64,000 nucleotides of DNA, from NCBI GenBank assembly GCA_017461985.1, contig JAFTSA010000004.1, positions 198,053-262,052 of the forward strand. The letters run 5' to 3'. The notes under the pieces were generated by a model, which was not told the DNA's origin, did no database searches, and saw only the letters and a list, made by a program, of their open reading frames with translations. This document shows, in pieces, positions 59,828 through 64,000 of the stretch (position 1 is the stretch's first letter; every line of letters starts with the position of its first letter). Source of the DNA: Clostridia bacterium (GTDB taxonomy: Bacteria; Bacillota; Clostridia; Christensenellales; CAG-917). Both the position numbers and the translations under genes were made by a program.

Positions 59828-62452
59828 ATGGAAATCGACGTAAGTAAACTTTCCCCTATGATGCGAAAATATTTCGCAATGAAGGAAAACTATCCTGACT
59901 GCTTGCTGTTTTTCAGGTTGGGTGACTTTTACGAGATGTTTTTCAAGGATGCAGAGATTGCATCTAGAATCCTCGATTTGACCCTTACTGGCAGAAATTG
60001 TGGTCTTGAAGAAAGAGCACCCATGTGTGGCGTGCCGTATCACGCTGTTGACACTTACATAAGAAAGCTTATTGAGGCTGGTCAACGTGTTGCAATATGC
60101 GAGCAACTCAACGATCCTTCAACAGCCACAGGCATGCTTGACCGTGACGTTGTTAGAGTGGTTTCTCCCGGCACGGTTATGGAAGAGGAAATCCTTGACG
60201 AAAAATCATCAAACTATTTGGCTTCTGTATTTACAGAAGGCAACGGCTTCGGTCTTGCTTGGGCAGACATAAGCACCGGCGAATTCAACGTTTTTGAATA
60301 TGACGGAAAGGATGCGGATGCTCGTCTCGGCGATTTGCTCAGTGCAATTCACCCTAGCGAAATCCTGTCAAATGAGGCTTTCACTTCAAAGTATTTGAGC
60401 GTCAATTACTTCATTGCCAACGAAAAACGTCCCAAGTGTTATCACAACTATGCGTATGGCTATGCCACTGCAACAAAGAAACTTTGTTCCGCACTGAAAG
60501 TGGCAACTTTGCAGCCATTTGAATGTGAAGACAAGCGTCTTGCAGTATGTGCTGCGGGCGGTTTGATGGAATATCTTGAACAAACTCAAAAGAGAGCACT
60601 GAGCCAAATTGACACAATCACACTTCTTCGTGACAAGTCCTTTATGGTCCTTGACGGCGCAACTAGAAGAAATCTTGAACTTATAGCCCGCGCACGCGAC
60701 GGAAAGCGTCAAGGCTCACTGCTTGCAGTTCTTGACAAAACAAAGACTGCAATGGGCGCTAGAACAATCAAGAGATATATCGAGCAGCCCCTTCAAGACC
60801 CTGACAAAATCAATCAACGTCTTGATGCCGTTGAGGAACTTGTCCTTGACAAGATTTCAAGAGATAAACTTTTGTCAGCACTGTCATCTGCTCGCGACCT
60901 TGAGCGTCTTGCAGGTCGTCTTGCATATGGCATGGCAACCCCTAAGGATTTATATTCAATTGCAGAAACTTTGGCAATTGTACCTGCATTGAAGGAAACG
61001 TTGAAGGGAAAGAAGTCATCACTTTTAAAATCCATCAACCAAACAATGACGGCGCTTCCAAACGTCACCGCAGTGGTTTTGTCCGCACTCGACGAGCAAA
61101 AACTGCTGTCATATAGGCTGGGTGGATATGTCCGCAAAGGATATGACCAGCAACTTGATGAATATCGAAATATAAACCAAACCGCAAAGGCTTGGCTTGA
61201 GGAACTGGAACTTCGCGAGAAGGAAGAGACAGGCATCAAAACCCTGAAAGTTGGCTACAACAAGGTGTTTGGCTACTATATCGAGGTGTCAAAATCCTTT
61301 GTAGAAAAAGTGCCTTATCGCTATCAAAGAAAGCAAACCCTTGTGGGTGGAGAAAGATATATCACTGATGAACTCAAGCAAATTGAAGAGAAGGTGCTTT
61401 CAGCAGAAAGCAATGCAACGGCACTTGAAGAGAAAATCTTTGCTGAGTTGAAAGAAATGCTGTTCAGTGAACTTCAAAATCTCCAACGTACAGCGCGAGC
61501 AATTGCTTGCCTAGACGCAATATTGTCCTTTGCAGTGGTGTCAGTGTCCCAAAGATTTGTCAAGCCCGAAATTGGAAAGAAGACAAAGGCAGTCAAAATC
61601 ATGGGTGGAAGACACCCCGTTGTTGAAACCTTGGTAGACAAGGGCTCATACGTGCCCAATGATACTCTTCTTGACAGTGCCGACAACCGCACAATGGTCA
61701 TAACCGGACCTAATATGGCAGGCAAGAGCACATATATGCGTCAAGTTGCGCTGATTGTGCTTATGGCGCATATCGGTTGTTTTGTTCCTGCGGACTCTGC
61801 AGAAATTGCACTCACCGACCGCATTTTCACTCGTATCGGCGCAAGCGATGACCTCAGTGGAGGTCAAAGTACCTTTATGGTTGAAATGATTGAAGTTGCA
61901 ACAATTCTCAACTATGCAACCTCATCAAGCTTGCTTATTCTTGACGAAATCGGCAGAGGAACTTCAACATTTGACGGTCTCAGTATTGCGTGGGCAGTCC
62001 TTGAATATATCACCAAAAACGTGAAGGCAAAGACACTTTTTGCAACTCACTTCCACGAGCTTACTGAACTTGAAGACCTTGAAGGTGTCAAGAACTATAG
62101 AGTTCTTGTCAGCGAGCATAATGACACAATCATTTTCTTGCACAAAATCGCAAGGGGAGGCGCAAGCAGAAGTTTCGGCATCGAGGTGGCATCACTTGCT
62201 GGCGTTTTGAAACCTGTCGTTGACCACGCAAAACGTATTATGGCATCTCTTGAAGAAGATGCAAAAAATAGAGACACAAACTCTGTTATGTTGTCATCAA
62301 CAAAATCAACCAAAACCGCACAAGTGAGTTTGTTTGACACTCCGTCATCAAAGATTGAGGAAGAAATCAAAGCCCTCAACGTGGACTCACTTACACCTTT
62401 GCAAGCACTTACAATCCTTGCAGACATAAACAAACGACTCAACGGAAATTAA
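59828..62452 (+). CDS. mutS: DNA mismatch repair protein MutS
   Basis: Mismatch-binding N-terminus (GDFYEMF), GPNMAGKSTYMRQ, DEIGRGTSTFDG and FATHFHEL. Confidence 0.95.
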   Translation: MEIDVSKLSPMMRKYFAMKENYPDCLLFFRLGDFYEMFFKDAEIASRILDLTLTGRNCGLEERAPMCGVPYHAVDTYIRKLIEAGQRVAICEQLNDPSTATGMLDRDVVRVVSPGTVMEEEILDEKSSNYLASVFTEGNGFGLAWADISTGEFNVFEYDGKDADARLGDLLSAIHPSEILSNEAFTSKYLSVNYFIANEKRPKCYHNYAYGYATATKKLCSALKVATLQPFECEDKRLAVCAAGGLMEYLEQTQKRALSQIDTITLLRDKSFMVLDGATRRNLELIARARDGKRQGSLLAVLDKTKTAMGARTIKRYIEQPLQDPDKINQRLDAVEELVLDKISRDKLLSALSSARDLERLAGRLAYGMATPKDLYSIAETLAIVPALKETLKGKKSSLLKSINQTMTALPNVTAVVLSALDEQKLLSYRLGGYVRKGYDQQLDEYRNINQTAKAWLEELELREKEETGIKTLKVGYNKVFGYYIEVSKSFVEKVPYRYQRKQTLVGGERYITDELKQIEEKVLSAESNATALEEKIFAELKEMLFSELQNLQRTARAIACLDAILSFAVVSVSQRFVKPEIGKKTKAVKIMGGRHPVVETLVDKGSYVPNDTLLDSADNRTMVITGPNMAGKSTYMRQVALIVLMAHIGCFVPADSAEIALTDRIFTRIGASDDLSGGQSTFMVEMIEVATILNYATSSSLLILDEIGRGTSTFDGLSIAWAVLEYITKNVKAKTLFATHFHELTELEDLEGVKNYRVLVSEHNDTIIFLHKIARGGASRSFGIEVASLAGVLKPVVDHAKRIMASLEEDAKNRDTNSVMLSSTKSTKTAQVSLFDTPSSKIEEEIKALNVDSLTPLQALTILADINKRLNGN

Positions 62453-62454
62453 TT

Positions 62455-64000
62455 ATGGCAAAAATCAATTTACTTGATCCTAGTGTTTTCAATATGATTG
62501 CAGCAGGCGAAGTGGTTGAAAGACCTGCGTCTGTGGTCAAGGAACTCGTTGAAAACTCAATCGACGCAGGGGCAACCCAAATTGACGTCACCATCATAGA
62601 TGGTGGTCTCAAACGCATTCAAGTCAGTGACAACGGCGTTGGCATTGAAAAGGATGACGTCCGCAGTGCATTCTTGCCTCACGCTACGTCAAAACTTCAA
62701 CACATTCGCGATCTTGACACCTTGTCATCTCTCGGTTTTAGAGGTGAGGCTCTTGCAAGCATTGCATCTGTGTCTGAAGTGACTTTGATTTCACGTACTG
62801 CTGGCGATGACACCGCATCATACATCTATCTTGTAGGCGGAAAAGTTGTTGACGAAAGAGTGGATTCAAGGGCAAAGGGCACTTCAATCACTGTTGAAAA
62901 CCTCTTCTTCAACACTCCTGCAAGATTGAAGTTTATGAAGGCTTCATCTGCTGAACAAAGAGCAATCATCTCAACTATCGAGAAGATTGTTTTTGCAAAT
63001 CCTCTCATTTCAATCACAGTCAGCGATGCAAAAGGCATAGTATTCGAGCATCAAGGCGGTGAACTGAAAGATGCAATTTGCTCAATTTGGGGCAGTGACA
63101 CTTTTGAAAATATGTTGCCCATCGAATATGAAAAGTCAGGAATCAAGGTGACTGGATATGCGTCACGTGTTGAGTTTTCAAAACCTACACGCTCATGGCA
63201 AGCATATATTGTCAATGGCAGAGCCATTGAAAACAAGGATTTGGTTGTTGCAGTGGACAAAGCCTATGACGGCAGACTGGTCAAGCACAACTATCCTTTC
63301 TGCGTTATAGACATAGTTTTGCCTTTTGATGAAGTTGACGTCAACGTGCATCCTAGAAAATCAGAAGTCCGTTTCCGCAACAAGAGTTCTGTTTTCAGCG
63401 CAATCTATCACGCATTGAACAAGGCCTTTGACAGCGTAGATCCTTTGGCAAGCACGTCGTTTTTGAGAAATGACAATCTCAGCTACGGCGAAATTATGTC
63501 CGGCCAAAACAATTCTGCGGCAGATTTTGGTTATAAAATAACCAATCCGTTCTACAAAGAAGAGAAAAAGGAAGAGCCTGTCCAAGAGCGTATGGATATG
63601 GCTGCACTTTACAGCGCACTTGCGAATTACAAGACCGAAGAGCCTGAAATACCCGATCCCAGCAAAATGATGCACATAATCGGTGAGGGCGACGATCTTT
63701 ACCAAGTTTACGGCAACGATCCCTTTGAACTTGCAAATAGACTGACTGTTGCAAGAGGCGGTGTTTTTGATGGAAAGATTATCGGTCAAATTTTTGACAC
63801 CTATCTAATCGTTGAAAAGAACGGCGCAGTTTACATAATTGACCAACACGCCGCTCATGAACGAATTTTGTACGACAAGCTAGTAAAAAGACTTGAACCC
63901 AAATACATTCAAGCCTTGCTTATCCCATACAAGGTCAAACTGTTTGGACAAGAGGCAGAATATTTTGAAAAGATGATGCCACTTCTCAACAATATGGGCT
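62455..64000 (+). CDS. mutL: DNA mismatch repair protein MutL (3' end beyond the window)
   Basis: My translation from the ATG at 62455 gives MAKINLLDPSVFNMIAAGEVVERPASVVKELVENSIDAG (GHKL ATPase). The frame stays open to the window edge. Confidence 0.9.
   Translation, partial: MAKINLLDPSVFNMIAAGEVVERPASVVKELVENSIDAGATQIDVTIIDGGLKRIQVSDNGVGIEKDDVRSAFLPHATSKLQHIRDLDTLSSLGFRGEALASIASVSEVTLISRTAGDDTASYIYLVGGKVVDERVDSRAKGTSITVENLFFNTPARLKFMKASSAEQRAIISTIEKIVFANPLISITVSDAKGIVFEHQGGELKDAICSIWGSDTFENMLPIEYEKSGIKVTGYASRVEFSKPTRSWQAYIVNGRAIENKDLVVAVDKAYDGRLVKHNYPFCVIDIVLPFDEVDVNVHPRKSEVRFRNKSSVFSAIYHALNKAFDSVDPLASTSFLRNDNLSYGEIMSGQNNSAADFGYKITNPFYKEEKKEEPVQERMDMAALYSALANYKTEEPEIPDPSKMMHIIGEGDDLYQVYGNDPFELANRLTVARGGVFDGKIIGQIFDTYLIVEKNGAVYIIDQHAAHERILYDKLVKRLEPKYIQALLIPYKVKLFGQEAEYFEKMMPLLNNMG

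Overview
This window reads as a core chromosomal region of an endospore-forming Bacillota (Clostridia-like) genome. Nearly all of it is syntenic housekeeping, cell-division and sporulation genes. In order it contains: a dcw cluster (mraZ-rsmH-?-PBP-murE-mraY-murD-ftsW-murA-ftsA-ftsZ); spoIIGA-sigE-sigG; ylmC, nrdR, sigK, spoIVB; dac/lysA/scpAB/ytfIJ; rluB-surE-cmk-plsC-ispH::rpsA; rnhA; tRNA-Trp; a PadR-membrane fusion; a tyrosine recombinase; spoIIAA-spoIIAB-sigF; a six-tRNA operon; spoVAC/D/E; yunB; pheST; mutS2; iscS-thiI; PBP1A; and miaB-mutS-mutL. I see no CRISPR array, prophage, transposase, toxin-antitoxin pair or recognisable defence island, and no convincing novel multi-gene protein system. 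The least-explained structure is noncoding. (1) Both tRNA loci end in a second copy of the last ~21-23 nt of the terminal tRNA. The copy starts in the T-loop, lies 175-185 bp downstream, and comes with related terminator hairpins and an imperfect inverted copy. This looks like att-site scars or miniature cis-mobilisable remnants. (2) A family of GC-rich, strictly alternating purine/pyrimidine hairpin-capable elements sits mostly in 5' UTRs. Protein-level oddities are: a receiver-less Spo0A C-terminal domain protein next to spoIVB, a membrane-anchored PadR regulator with a VEV-repeat linker, a MutS2 lacking its Smr domain, an FtsZ with an acidic ~58 aa N-terminal extension, and a SpoVAD insertion. 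All functional calls come from reading the ORF translations against remembered family motifs. No database search was run.
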